Made by a program: the position numbers and the translations under genes
Assembly (NCBI GenBank): GCA_038230375.1
Contig: JBBRNJ010000016.1
Coordinates: forward strand, 59,175-123,174
Length of the DNA stretch: 64,000 nucleotides
Direction: 5' to 3'
Source: Polyangiales bacterium
Lineage (GTDB): Bacteria > Myxococcota_A > Polyangia > Polyangiales > Polyangiaceae
The notes under the pieces: model-generated
Database searches by the model: none
What the model was told of the DNA's origin: nothing
Seen by the model: only the letters and a program-made list of their open reading frames with translations
Shown here: one piece after another, positions 49,631 to 59,216 of the stretch
Layout: each line of letters begins with the position of its first letter
Numbering within the stretch: the first letter of the stretch is position 1

Positions 49631-51034
49631 ATGTTCCGTGGTCGCGTCAGGCACGTGCATTTTGTCGGTATCGGTGGCATCGGCATGAGCGGTCTCGCGG
49701 AGATCCTCCGCGTCCAGAAGTTCGACGTGTCCGGCTCCGACATGAAGCCGAACGACATCACGAAGCGCCTGGAGACCATGGGCGTCACGGTCCACCTGGG
49801 GCACCGCGCCGAGAACGTCACGAACGCGGACGTGGTCGTCTACTCATCGGCCATCGCGAAGGACAACCCAGAGATCGTGCGCGCACGGGCGCTGGAGATC
49901 CCGATCATTTCGCGCGCGGACATGCTCGCGGAGCTGATGCGAACGAAGTACGCCGTGACCATCGCGGGCTCACACGGCAAGACCACGACCACGTCGCTGG
50001 TTGCAACTGTGCTGCGCGCGGCGGGTCTGGATCCCACCGTTGTGGTTGGTGGCAAGGTCAACGCGCTCGGCTCCAACGCGCGCCTGGGCGAGGGCGACCT
50101 CTTCGTCGCAGAGGCCGACGAGAGCGACGGCTCCTTCCTGAAGTTCACGCCCACCATCGGTGTCATCACCAACATCGACGCCGAGCACCTGGACTTCTAC
50201 GGAACGCACGAGAAGGTGAAGGACGCGTTCCTTCAGTTCGCCAACAAGGTCCCGTTCTATGGGCTCCTCGTCATGTGCATGGATCACCCGCACGTGCAGG
50301 AGATCATCCCGAAGGTGGAGCGGCGGCACGTGACCTACGGCGTCTCGCGCCAGGCCGATTTCCGCGCGTCCAAGCCGGAGTTTGCAGGGTTCGAGACGCA
50401 CTTCAACGTGCATCGTCGCGGCACGGCGCTCGGTCGCTTCACGGTGCGTATGCCCGGCGCACACAACGTGCTCAACGCGCTCGCGGTGATCGCGGTCGCA
50501 GACGAGCTGGACGTCCCCCTGGACGTCACGCGCGAGGCCATCGCCAGCTTCCACGGTGTGCAGCGCCGCTTCACCGTGGTGGGTCAGCCAAAGCTCACGA
50601 AGGACGGCGTCACTGGCGACGTGCTCATCATCGACGACTACGGTCATCACCCCGCGGAGATCGAGGCCACGCTGGACGCGGCCCAGCGCGGGTTCGACCG
50701 GCGCGTGGTCGTGGCGTTCCAGCCGCATCGCTACACCCGCACGCAGTCGCTCTTCGGTGAGTTCACGCGCGCCTTCAACAAGGCCGACGTGCTCATCGTC
50801 ACGGACGTCTACGCCGCGGGTGAGAAGGCCATCGAGGGCGCGTCGGGAGAAGCGCTTGCGCGGGCCATCCACGACCACGGCCATCACGCCGTGTCGTTCG
50901 TGAAGGACAAGACCAAGGTCGCGGAGGAGCTCGAGAAGATCGCCCGACCCGGGGACCTCGTCATCGCGCTCGGTGCCGGTGACATCAACGCGCAGGTCCG
51001 CGAGCTCTGTCGAAGGCTGGAAAGCCCGGCCTGA
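49631..51034 (+). CDS. murC: UDP-MurNAc:L-Ala ligase MurC
   Basis: HFVGIGGIGMSG, GSHGKTTT, EADESDGSF, DDYGHHP and FQPHRYTRT. Confidence 0.97.
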   Translation: MFRGRVRHVHFVGIGGIGMSGLAEILRVQKFDVSGSDMKPNDITKRLETMGVTVHLGHRAENVTNADVVVYSSAIAKDNPEIVRARALEIPIISRADMLAELMRTKYAVTIAGSHGKTTTTSLVATVLRAAGLDPTVVVGGKVNALGSNARLGEGDLFVAEADESDGSFLKFTPTIGVITNIDAEHLDFYGTHEKVKDAFLQFANKVPFYGLLVMCMDHPHVQEIIPKVERRHVTYGVSRQADFRASKPEFAGFETHFNVHRRGTALGRFTVRMPGAHNVLNALAVIAVADELDVPLDVTREAIASFHGVQRRFTVVGQPKLTKDGVTGDVLIIDDYGHHPAEIEATLDAAQRGFDRRVVVAFQPHRYTRTQSLFGEFTRAFNKADVLIVTDVYAAGEKAIEGASGEALARAIHDHGHHAVSFVKDKTKVAEELEKIARPGDLVIALGAGDINAQVRELCRRLESPA

Positions 51035-51107
51035 AGCTGCGCTGAGCCGGCGCCGCGCGGCCCGTAAACCGCCGGTTTCTTGTATTTTTGCCGGAGCCTG
51101 CCGTCAT

Positions 51108-52088
51108 ATGGACCGCTCGATGAGCGTCGTCCCCCCCGAGAGCGGCCGGAACCGCCGGAAGAAGGATGACGGCGTTGCGTCCATCGCGAGGCGTCCCGAC
51201 GCTTCCGAGGCGCGAGCCTCACGCGAGGTCCCGCCGTCGCGGGCGCCGCGCGCGCCGCGGTCACGGAATTCGGCGACGCAGCTGCCATTGCCTCTCGAAG
51301 CCACGCCGAAGAAGCCGCTCTTCTCGCCCGAGCGCCGCGCGAAGGCCCTCGCGTTCACGAAGTCGGCGTTCGGCGGCCTGCTGGTGGTGTCGCTCTCCGT
51401 CGGCATGGCGCTCGGGGCGCGCCGCTACGTGAAGACGTCGCCGCGGTTCGCGGTCACCGAGATCGCGGTGAGCGGTACGCACCGTCGCAGCCCGGAGGAG
51501 ATCACGAACGTCGCGGAGCTCTCCACGGGGGTGAACATCTTCGGCGTGGACACCGGGCGCGCGCGCAGCCGCGTGCTCGGGGACCCGTGGGTGAAGGACG
51601 CCACTGTGGAGAAGAAGCTCCCCGGAAAGATCACCGTCTCCGTGGTGGAGAAGGAGCCCGCGGTGCTCGTCGCATCGGGTGACACGTACCTCTACACGCG
51701 CGATGGCCAGCCCATCAAATCGCTGGAGGCGCGCGACCCGGCGGACTTCCCGATCATCACCGGCATCTCCACGCAGACGCTCCTGGACGACCGTGATGGC
51801 GCCGCGAAGATGGTGAAGGCCGGCCTGGATTTCACGGAGAGCTACGAGCGCACGGGCCTGGGGCAGCGTGCGCCGATCGAAGAGATCCACTACGAGAAGG
51901 ACGGCGCGATGTCCGTCGTTGTCGGCAAGAGCGGCACCGTGCTGGCCCTTGGTCATCCGCCGTACAAGCGCAAGCTCGATCAGGCCGTGCGCATCTTCGC
52001 CGAGCTCGATCGCCGCGGGCAGAAGCCCGACACGCTGTACCTGGACAACGAGGCTCATCCCGAGCGCGTGGTCGTTCGCATGCGCTGA
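51108..52088 (+). CDS. ftsQ: Cell division protein FtsQ/DivIB (alternative start 51120)
   Basis: Basic N-tail, one TM and a POTRA domain (PWVKDATVEKKLPG.I.V.V.E). Confidence 0.88.
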   Translation: MDRSMSVVPPESGRNRRKKDDGVASIARRPDASEARASREVPPSRAPRAPRSRNSATQLPLPLEATPKKPLFSPERRAKALAFTKSAFGGLLVVSLSVGMALGARRYVKTSPRFAVTEIAVSGTHRRSPEEITNVAELSTGVNIFGVDTGRARSRVLGDPWVKDATVEKKLPGKITVSVVEKEPAVLVASGDTYLYTRDGQPIKSLEARDPADFPIITGISTQTLLDDRDGAAKMVKAGLDFTESYERTGLGQRAPIEEIHYEKDGAMSVVVGKSGTVLALGHPPYKRKLDQAVRIFAELDRRGQKPDTLYLDNEAHPERVVVRMR

Positions 52089-52230
52089 CGCCGACGTAGC
52101 CGACGCAACAATCCGCCACGAGCCTGGTAACTGCAGTGGCCATGCGTTTCCTGCGCTGCACACATGGCGCGGCGGCCCCAAACGGGCGATCATACGTGTG
52201 CGGGGAGTGTTCTCTTCGCGGGAGGATCCG

Positions 52231-53193
52231 ATGCGTCGTTCCTTGTTGATGCTTGGGGCTCTGGTGTTGTCGATGGGTGGCGGCGCGATCATCGCGTGCT
52301 CCAGCAGCGACTCCAACACAACGACCGACGACGGCGACGCTGGCGACGAGGCGGGTGATCCGGGCACGAACCCGACCCCTGACACCGACGGAGGACTCGG
52401 TAACGCTGGCACCGGCGCGGCGACAGGGCTTCCTTGCGACGTCCAGGCGCTGCTCGAGAACCGCTGCCTCGCTTGCCACGACGGCACCATGGTCGCTGCG
52501 CCGCCGCTGAACAACTACAACGACCTGATCGCCAAGTCGAAGGCCGACCCCACCAAGAACATGGCGCAAGAGACGCTCGTGCGCATGCAGAGCGCGACCA
52601 GCCCCATGCCGCCCAAGCCCGCCGCGCCACCGGACCCCGACGAGATCGCCGCGATGGCCGTCTGGGTCGATGGTGGCACCCCAGAGAACAAGATCTCATG
52701 CACGACGGCACCACCGCCATCGGGCGAGGGCGGCGCTGACTCGGGCTCGCTCGACGGCGGCCTGGATGGCGCGTCGCCTTGCACGAGCAGGTCGTACTGG
52801 GACGGCGGCAATACGAAATCACCGCTGATGAATCCGGGTGAGGCGTGCAGCGCCTGCCACCAGGTCATGGGCGGCCCGAACCTCCTTTTCGCCGGCACGG
52901 TCTACAAGACCGCGCACGAGCCGGACCTCTGCAACGGTCAGAGCCCGCCGCCCACGATCACGGTGACCATCACGGACGTCAACAAGCGCACCGTGAAGGG
53001 CGTCGTCAACAACGCCGGTAACTTCGACATCCCCAAGCCAGGTGGAGCGCCACTCAAGGCTCCCTTCAAGGCCTCGCTCAGCGACGGTGTGGCGACCCGC
53101 GCCATGGTCGGGACCGTGACCTCCGGCGACTGCAACTCCTGCCACACGGTGGCGGGCAAGAACGGCGCTCCCGGCCGAATTCTCGCGCCGTAG
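52231..53193 (+). CDS. Tri-heme c-type cytochrome lipoprotein
   Basis: IIAC lipobox; CLACH, CSACH and CNSCH; GGAGG RBS. Confidence 0.8.
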   Translation: MRRSLLMLGALVLSMGGGAIIACSSSDSNTTTDDGDAGDEAGDPGTNPTPDTDGGLGNAGTGAATGLPCDVQALLENRCLACHDGTMVAAPPLNNYNDLIAKSKADPTKNMAQETLVRMQSATSPMPPKPAAPPDPDEIAAMAVWVDGGTPENKISCTTAPPPSGEGGADSGSLDGGLDGASPCTSRSYWDGGNTKSPLMNPGEACSACHQVMGGPNLLFAGTVYKTAHEPDLCNGQSPPPTITVTITDVNKRTVKGVVNNAGNFDIPKPGGAPLKAPFKASLSDGVATRAMVGTVTSGDCNSCHTVAGKNGAPGRILAP

Positions 53194-53208
53194 AACTGCT
53201 CACATTAT

Positions 53209-53242
53209 TTGGCCCGCGTCCGGGCAGCGTGCGACACCCGAT
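53209..53242 (+). promoter_or_regulatory. TTGGCCCGC-N16-ACACCCGAT motif upstream of ftsA (putative promoter)
   Basis: Same bipartite motif with the same spacing as at 63186-63219 upstream of ftsZ. Confidence 0.55.
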
Positions 53243-53248
53243 AGCAGA

Positions 53249-54586
53249 ATGAGCACTCACTCTGCGTCGACGCCCTCACTCGGTGAAATCGTCGTTGGTC
53301 TCGACATCGGCACGACCAAGGTCTGCGCCGTCGTCGGTCAGATCTCCGAGGAGGGGATCACCATCCTCGGCAAGGGCGAGGTGCCGTGCCGTGGGCTGCG
53401 GAAGGGCATCGTGTCGAACATCGACTGGACGGTGCGCTCGATCAAGGAGGCCGTCGAGGCCGCGGAGATGATGGCCGGCGTCGAGATCCGGACGGTCTAC
53501 GCCGGTGTCGCGGGCAGTCACATTCGCTCGCAGCAGTCGGACGGCGTTGCGGCCATCGCTGGTGGCGAGGTCACGCGCGCTGACGTGGAGCGCGTTCTCG
53601 AAGGCGCGCGCGCCATCCCGGTCGACGCGGATCGCCAGATCCTCCACGTGCTGCCGCGTGAGTTCGTCGTCGATTCGCAGGACGGAATCCGCGATCCCAT
53701 CGGCATGAGCGGCGTTCGCCTGGGCGCGAAGGTCAACCTGGTCACGGCCGCCACGAGCTGCGTGCAGAACGTCATTCGTTGCGCGGAGCGCTGCGGCCTT
53801 GCCGTCGCGGACGTCGTGCTCGAGCCTCTCGCCAGCGCAGAGGCCGTGCTCTCCGACGACGAGAAGGAGATCGGTACGGTCGTCATCGACATCGGCGGTG
53901 GCACCACGGATCTCATCCTCTACATCGACGGCGGCATCGCCCACACCAGCGTCATCCCCGTCGGCGGCAACAACATCACGAGCGACATCGCCGCGGGGCT
54001 GCGCACGCCGATGGCAGAGGCCGATCGCCTGAAGCGCCTCTCCGGCTGCGCGCTGGGTCGCATGGTGCGCGACGACGAGGAGATCGAGGTCCCGGGCGTG
54101 GGCGGTCACCAGCCGCGGCGTTGCTCGCGCCGCGTGCTCTCCGACATCATCGAGCCGCGCGTGGAGGAGATCTTCTGCGCGGTGCGAAAGCGCATCGAAG
54201 ACAGCGGCATGCTCGAGCAGCTCTCCGCGGGCGCGGTGCTCACCGGCGGCGCGGTGCTCCTGGAGGGCTCTGCGGAGCTCGCCGAAGAGATCCTGGGCAT
54301 GCCCGTCCGCATCGGCATGCCCACGGGCGTCTCTGGCATCACCCAGGCCATCCACGGCCCCGGCTATGCGACCGGTGTCGGGCTGGTGAAGTACGGCGTT
54401 CAGCAGATCCTCGAGGCGCAGTCGCGCGCGGCCGCCCCGGCTGCTCACTCGATGATGCGCATGACCGCAGCGGCCGTGAGCAAGCGCGGCGGCTCCGTCG
54501 TCGACGAGCGAGGGCAGGCCACCGGAACCGACGGCGAGCCGCCGAAGTCCTCTCGGCTCTGGGAGTGGATCAAGGCCGCGTTCTAG
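53249..54586 (+). CDS. ftsA: Cell division protein FtsA
   Basis: GLDIGTTKV, PIGMSGVRL, DIGGGTTD and VLTGG. Confidence 0.97.
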   Translation: MSTHSASTPSLGEIVVGLDIGTTKVCAVVGQISEEGITILGKGEVPCRGLRKGIVSNIDWTVRSIKEAVEAAEMMAGVEIRTVYAGVAGSHIRSQQSDGVAAIAGGEVTRADVERVLEGARAIPVDADRQILHVLPREFVVDSQDGIRDPIGMSGVRLGAKVNLVTAATSCVQNVIRCAERCGLAVADVVLEPLASAEAVLSDDEKEIGTVVIDIGGGTTDLILYIDGGIAHTSVIPVGGNNITSDIAAGLRTPMAEADRLKRLSGCALGRMVRDDEEIEVPGVGGHQPRRCSRRVLSDIIEPRVEEIFCAVRKRIEDSGMLEQLSAGAVLTGGAVLLEGSAELAEEILGMPVRIGMPTGVSGITQAIHGPGYATGVGLVKYGVQQILEAQSRAAAPAAHSMMRMTAAAVSKRGGSVVDERGQATGTDGEPPKSSRLWEWIKAAF

Positions 54587-55275
54587 GGCGTGCGTGCGGT
54601 GCGCGCCGTGAGCCACGCGCGGGCTGGTTTCGTGTCGATGCCGTAGAGGTCAAGGCCCGGCAGGACCACGTCCGTGACGCACGCGACGAACACGTCGCGC
54701 TTCGTTCGCGCGGAGAGCACCCCATGTTGCTCGTGACCCTCGGTGTTCGCCGCGTCCGGTGCGTCGAGCGTGGCGCCGCCATTGGCCGCGAGCATCGACG
54801 TCACATGTGGGCCCAGGAACAGGAGGTCGACGTGGCGGTCTTGCAGATGTCGAAGCAGGTGCCAGCCAAGCCTTGCGTGCGTCAGCTCGTCCTTGGCAAT
54901 CTCGCGCACGGCCTCCTTGGCGCGCGCCAGCGAGAGGGGCGAAAGAGTGACGAGCGTCGCCATGCTCTCGGTCTCTGCAACGCAGCAGCGCGCGACCACG
55001 TCGTAGATGAGCGCCTGCTCACGCGACATTCCATCCGGCGCGAACGTCAGCGGCTCGTCGAGCGCGGCCTTCTCGTGCGCGCCGTACGTGCGCGCAAGCT
55101 CCTCGCACAGGATCGCGTGATGCCGCTCGTCGGTGGCTGCGTTGCAACACGCTTGCGCGAACTGCTCTGGATAGCCGAGCGCTGTGAACTCTCCCGCGAG
55201 CCGATCGAACGCGCGCGCTGCGGCCTCTTCGACGCTCCAGCGGAACGCCCAGCTGCGCGCGGGCTCCTCCGTCAC
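54583..55275 (-). CDS. Ferritin-like diiron-carboxylate protein
   Basis: E (VEEAA), DERHH, E (AETES) and DELTH give the E/ExxH/E/ExxH ligand set. Confidence 0.8.
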   Translation of the reverse strand: MTEEPARSWAFRWSVEEAAARAFDRLAGEFTALGYPEQFAQACCNAATDERHHAILCEELARTYGAHEKAALDEPLTFAPDGMSREQALIYDVVARCCVAETESMATLVTLSPLSLARAKEAVREIAKDELTHARLGWHLLRHLQDRHVDLLFLGPHVTSMLAANGGATLDAPDAANTEGHEQHGVLSARTKRDVFVACVTDVVLPGLDLYGIDTKPARAWLTARTARTP

Positions 55276-55290
55276 CGGCTCACCGGCCGC

Positions 55291-55506
55291 TCACCAGCCG
55301 CTGGGGGCGCCGCCGCGACCGGCAGTGCCCGCGTCGCTCGCCGCCGAGGAGGCGCCGGTGTTCGGCGCAAAAGCCCCGGTGGGCTGTGTGGCGGAGGTGC
55401 CGGCGTCGACGTTGCTGGGAGCGTCCGAGCGCGTCGGGCAGCCGGTGGTGCCGGTGACCACGCCACCGCCCAGAACGAGCACCGGAAAGAGCTTACGAAG
55501 CGACAT
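55291..55506 (-). CDS. 71-aa putative lipopeptide ending GGAPSGW
   Basis: Signal-like MSLRKLFPVLVLGGGVV...TTGC; low-complexity linker; TACGCT -10 box 6 nt before the ATG; 15 bp from the ferritin-like gene. Confidence 0.65.
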   Translation of the reverse strand: MSLRKLFPVLVLGGGVVTGTTGCPTRSDAPSNVDAGTSATQPTGAFAPNTGASSAASDAGTAGRGGAPSGW

Positions 55507-55547
55507 GAGCGCAGCGTATCACGCGTTTCGGCGCAAACGATTTCCTC

Positions 55548-56090
55548 TCAGGGCGTGAGGGCCTTCGCGCAGAGGGTCGGGTCCGCAGCTCCGATGAGCC
55601 ACGTGACGATGCACTGCTCCGCGGGCTCGCCCTTGTGAAGCGCCACGCCGCCGCGGTGCCGTTCGGTCGCCGTGCCCTTGCGGATGAACGTCAGCGCGTA
55701 TGCATCAGCCTCCGTCCGCGACGGCTTTGCGACCAACGCATTGGTCTGCTCGGGCTCGAGGCCGACGATCGACTCGTACGTCGCGCGCGCCTCCTCTGGT
55801 GTGGTCGGGAGCACGCCGGGTCCGCCGCCGTCGTCGTTCGCGAGACGCAGCCCGTTGTGGCCGTAGACCCGGAGCCCGCGCGGCAGGGAGCCGTGGCAGT
55901 CGAGCGTGCCGCAGCGGGCCTCCACCACCGGCTGGACTAGCTTCGCATACGTCGTCTCGCCGAGCGAGCCGATGGCAAGGTTCGGCGTCGCGCTGTTGTC
56001 CGGTGTGCTCGCGCAGGATGCAACGATGCCGACCGGCGCAGTGAGCACCAGAAGAGCGATCGCGCGGAGCAAGAGGTTCCGCATGATCAT
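55548..56090 (-). CDS. Lipoprotein with an atypical CX4CH (CGTLDCH) putative heme motif
   Basis: VASC lipobox; VQPVVEARCGTLDCHG and H.GG distal motif; ATG overlaps the upstream stop. Confidence 0.7.
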   Translation of the reverse strand: MIMRNLLLRAIALLVLTAPVGIVASCASTPDNSATPNLAIGSLGETTYAKLVQPVVEARCGTLDCHGSLPRGLRVYGHNGLRLANDDGGGPGVLPTTPEEARATYESIVGLEPEQTNALVAKPSRTEADAYALTFIRKGTATERHRGGVALHKGEPAEQCIVTWLIGAADPTLCAKALTP

Positions 56091-56641
56091 CGGAGCACCG
56101 GGCTGACGGGGCAGGTGCTCGGGGGTATAGCCTGCTGCGCAGGGACGGCGAACACGGGACCCACCTGCGAGAGGGCCGAGGTGACGTGGGTCTTGTGGCA
56201 GGCTGCGCAGGAGGCGGCTCCACCGATCGGGCTGTTCATCTGGTACGTCACCGTCCCGAGCGTGACGCGCGTCTTCACCGGGAACACAGGGTTCCAGACG
56301 CTCCGCTGCACGAAGAAGTTTCCGACGCAGTTGGTGAGCGTGGGCGTGGTGGAGGGCGGGCTGGTGCCGATGGAGTCGGTGAAATCGACGCGGGCGCCCT
56401 CGACACCGACAAGCATCGTGGGTCCGGCGAACACGGTCCCGGCGACCGAGAAGTCCGTCGTGGCGGGGCCAGAGCTTCCGTGGCACGTCCCGCACGGCTG
56501 TCCGGCGCGATGCAGCTCACCCGTGCCTGCGGGCTCCTCCGGACCGAGCGCGTCGACGGCGCGATCGTGCACCGGGTCGGGGAAGCATGCGCCGAGCACG
56601 ACGACCAGCATGATGATGGGGAAGGGAAGAGAGCGCGTCAT
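56087..56641 (-). CDS. Di-heme c-type cytochrome lipoprotein
   Basis: LGAC lipobox; HRAGQPCGTCH and SCAACH. Confidence 0.8.
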   Translation of the reverse strand: MTRSLPFPIIMLVVVLGACFPDPVHDRAVDALGPEEPAGTGELHRAGQPCGTCHGSSGPATTDFSVAGTVFAGPTMLVGVEGARVDFTDSIGTSPPSTTPTLTNCVGNFFVQRSVWNPVFPVKTRVTLGTVTYQMNSPIGGAASCAACHKTHVTSALSQVGPVFAVPAQQAIPPSTCPVSPVLR

Positions 56642-58416
56642 TCGAACTTCGCCTCCAGCCCGACGGTGCCGTATCCAGCGACGCGATCCTTCACGTAGAG
56701 CGAATCAAGGTAGTTCGACCACAGGAGGTCGGCGGACGAGTACAGCAGGAAGCCAACACCCGCGCCCTCTCCCGTGAGGCGCAGCCACATGGAGCCGCCG
56801 AGCGTCGCCGCCCAGAGCGGACCCAGCTCACGGTCCGTGGTGCGGAACGTGGGGACCATGATGGTGGGCTCTGTCTGTGCATAATACATGCGATGGAAGA
56901 AGTCGGTGCCGGTCTGCGCCGTGAACCGGGCGTGCGGGCCCGCGGTCACGCGCGTGCCGAAGTCGATGAGGAAGCGAGCATCCGTGGCGGTCGCCGTGTT
57001 CTGCCAGCTGTCGGTGTACAGGCGCTCCTCCAGTCTGAGCGTGGAGCGCGTGAAGCGGTGCATGAAGCGTGCGCCGATCGCGAAGCGGTCGCGCTCTCGC
57101 GGAAGCTGTTCGTATGGGCGGATGGGGAGCCGCTGGGCGTTCACGAGATCCGTGCTTGCGCCGCGTGGGAGCGTCACGCCCGGCTCGAACATGGGAATGA
57201 GCCGGTACGGCTTCGACTGGTCGCCGCGCTCGAACGCAGCCGTGCCGCCGACGACGATGATCGACGTGGGCGAGAGGATGACGCTGGTGCTGGCGGCGCC
57301 CTCGTGGGTCTCGAGCGCGTGCGAGTAGACGGACGTCGGGGTGCCGCCACGCGTGATCGTGTCGTTCGAATACGACCACCCGAGGCGCGGAGTGACGCGC
57401 TTCTCCATGAAGTCGCCGAGCAACGCGAGCGAGCCGCTGCGCGAGACATAGTCCGACTCGGTCGAGTACCCACCCGTGGCCTCGAACCCGTAGAGGCCGG
57501 GTTTGTAGCCACCGTTCGCGTTCACGGCATGCCTCGTGTCGTGTCCAGCCGGCGACGCCGTGGAGATGAAATCCGGTGATGCGGCCGTGATGACGTCGAT
57601 CAGATACGCCGCGCCCACGTGCCAGCCTGCCGTCGGCGACGCGACACTCGCGCGCAGCGCAGGGTTCAAGATCTCCACGTTGAACGTATCTGCGTACGTG
57701 CTCATCTCCATCGCGGCGAGCACGACCAGCGGCTTCTTTCCCGCTGGCAGGCACTGGATGACCTCTGCCTGCGTCTTCGCCAGCTGCATGCACGAGAGCT
57801 GCCCCGGCGTGAGGAACTCGGTCGCGCGCGGACGCAGCGCGATCACGACGGTCGCGTGCGCGCTGGGGTCCAGGTCAGCCACCTCGTCGAAGGTCGCCAC
57901 CGCTCCTTCGAGCGTGCCGTCGGCGTGCACCCGATGCTTGCCTGGGTCCACCGGGATGGGCTTGCCGTACTGCTCGGGAATCAGGCGTACGGCGTCCACA
58001 GTCACGGCGAGATCCTTCACGGTGGCGGGCGCGTCGACCGTCAGCGCGCCGAGCCGGCGAAGCAGCTGCTCCACACGCTGCTGGGCAAGCGTCGCGACCT
58101 CCGCATCCCTGGATGCCACTGCGGCGTCCAGCACCACCTGCAGCTGCCGTAGCGCCGCGAGCACCTTGCCCGCGCGATCCGCGCAGCCGGCGAAGTGCAC
58201 GCGCGTCAACGTGTGGTCTTCGAGCTCGATGGCGGCAAGGTCAGCCTCCATGCACTTCTCCCAGAGGCCTGCGGTGCGCGCGGCCTCGGCGTCGAGTGAC
58301 TTCGCGTAGGCGTCCGCGCTCTTCCACCCCTCCGGGAGCTCCGCCGCGAATGCCGGCACGGCCAGGCTCCATGCCGCGACGCCGAACAGGCAGGCGACTC
58401 TACGCGCTCCTATCAT
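56638..58416 (-). CDS. DUF3570-type outer-membrane beta-barrel with N-terminal TPR/PEGA-like domain
   Basis: Signal peptide; DVITAAS, S.ESDY.S, EQLPRERDR and YTDSW motifs; amphipathic C-terminal strand (GLEAKFE). Confidence 0.75.
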   Translation of the reverse strand: MIGARRVACLFGVAAWSLAVPAFAAELPEGWKSADAYAKSLDAEAARTAGLWEKCMEADLAAIELEDHTLTRVHFAGCADRAGKVLAALRQLQVVLDAAVASRDAEVATLAQQRVEQLLRRLGALTVDAPATVKDLAVTVDAVRLIPEQYGKPIPVDPGKHRVHADGTLEGAVATFDEVADLDPSAHATVVIALRPRATEFLTPGQLSCMQLAKTQAEVIQCLPAGKKPLVVLAAMEMSTYADTFNVEILNPALRASVASPTAGWHVGAAYLIDVITAASPDFISTASPAGHDTRHAVNANGGYKPGLYGFEATGGYSTESDYVSRSGSLALLGDFMEKRVTPRLGWSYSNDTITRGGTPTSVYSHALETHEGAASTSVILSPTSIIVVGGTAAFERGDQSKPYRLIPMFEPGVTLPRGASTDLVNAQRLPIRPYEQLPRERDRFAIGARFMHRFTRSTLRLEERLYTDSWQNTATATDARFLIDFGTRVTAGPHARFTAQTGTDFFHRMYYAQTEPTIMVPTFRTTDRELGPLWAATLGGSMWLRLTGEGAGVGFLLYSSADLLWSNYLDSLYVKDRVAGYGTVGLEAKFE

Positions 58417-58436
58417 TCACCCGCACAGATACACGG

Positions 58437-59216
58437 TTAGTGGAGCGTCGTCCCTAACTGCTCGCGCAGCATCTGAGCCGTGCGCGCGGCCTGATCGATC
58501 TGCGGTGCCGGCGTCGCTGTCGTTGCGCTCACGGACGTTGGGGCGGGGGAAGGGGACACGGCGGACGTGGAGTGCGGCGCTCGCGATGCGCGCGTCGCCG
58601 TGCGCGTGGGCGCGATCGGAGCCGCTGCCACCGGGGCAACAGGAACGACGGGCGCGGACGCTGCGGGTGCCGGCTCCTTTGCATCCGTACCGCACGCCTG
58701 CGCGGGCTGCTGCGGCGGCTGGGCCGGCATCGCCTTCGGCTCGGAGGCCGCGTGGTTCGCCGCGCGTGCTCCATTGTCTGCAGTCGCCGCTGACGGGCGA
58801 AGCGCGAGTGCGAGGATGACGAACGAGATCAGCGCCGAGACGCTGATGGCGGCAGCAACGAACGAGAGCTTGCTGGGCGCCGAGGTCGTGGCCGTGCGCT
58901 CTTCGGGGACCACGTCCATCGTGAGCGCAGGCCATCCACCCGACGATGCGTCGGCGAACGGGAGCTGCGGGCCGGACGACATCGCAGGCGGGGGCGCGGA
59001 GGGCGCTGGCACCGGAATGGATGCGAGGGCGGGCGGCGGTCGCGAGCTGAGGCGACGCGCGAGGATGTCGATGCGAACGAGCTCGTCGGCGACGCGCGTC
59101 TCGTGCTCCAGGCGAAGGCGATATGCCTCGAGCGAACGGAGCTCGCTCTCGCGCGCCCGGCGGTCGTCTTCCGAGCTCGAGGTGAACGTGCTCTGCATGA
59201 GGGTGGCGACTTCCAT
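58437..59216 (-). CDS. Hypothetical single-TM protein with Pro/Ala-rich C-terminus
   Basis: Charged helical N-terminus, one hydrophobic helix and a low-complexity tail. Confidence 0.6.
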   Translation of the reverse strand: MEVATLMQSTFTSSSEDDRRARESELRSLEAYRLRLEHETRVADELVRIDILARRLSSRPPPALASIPVPAPSAPPPAMSSGPQLPFADASSGGWPALTMDVVPEERTATTSAPSKLSFVAAAISVSALISFVILALALRPSAATADNGARAANHAASEPKAMPAQPPQQPAQACGTDAKEPAPAASAPVVPVAPVAAAPIAPTRTATRASRAPHSTSAVSPSPAPTSVSATTATPAPQIDQAARTAQMLREQLGTTLH

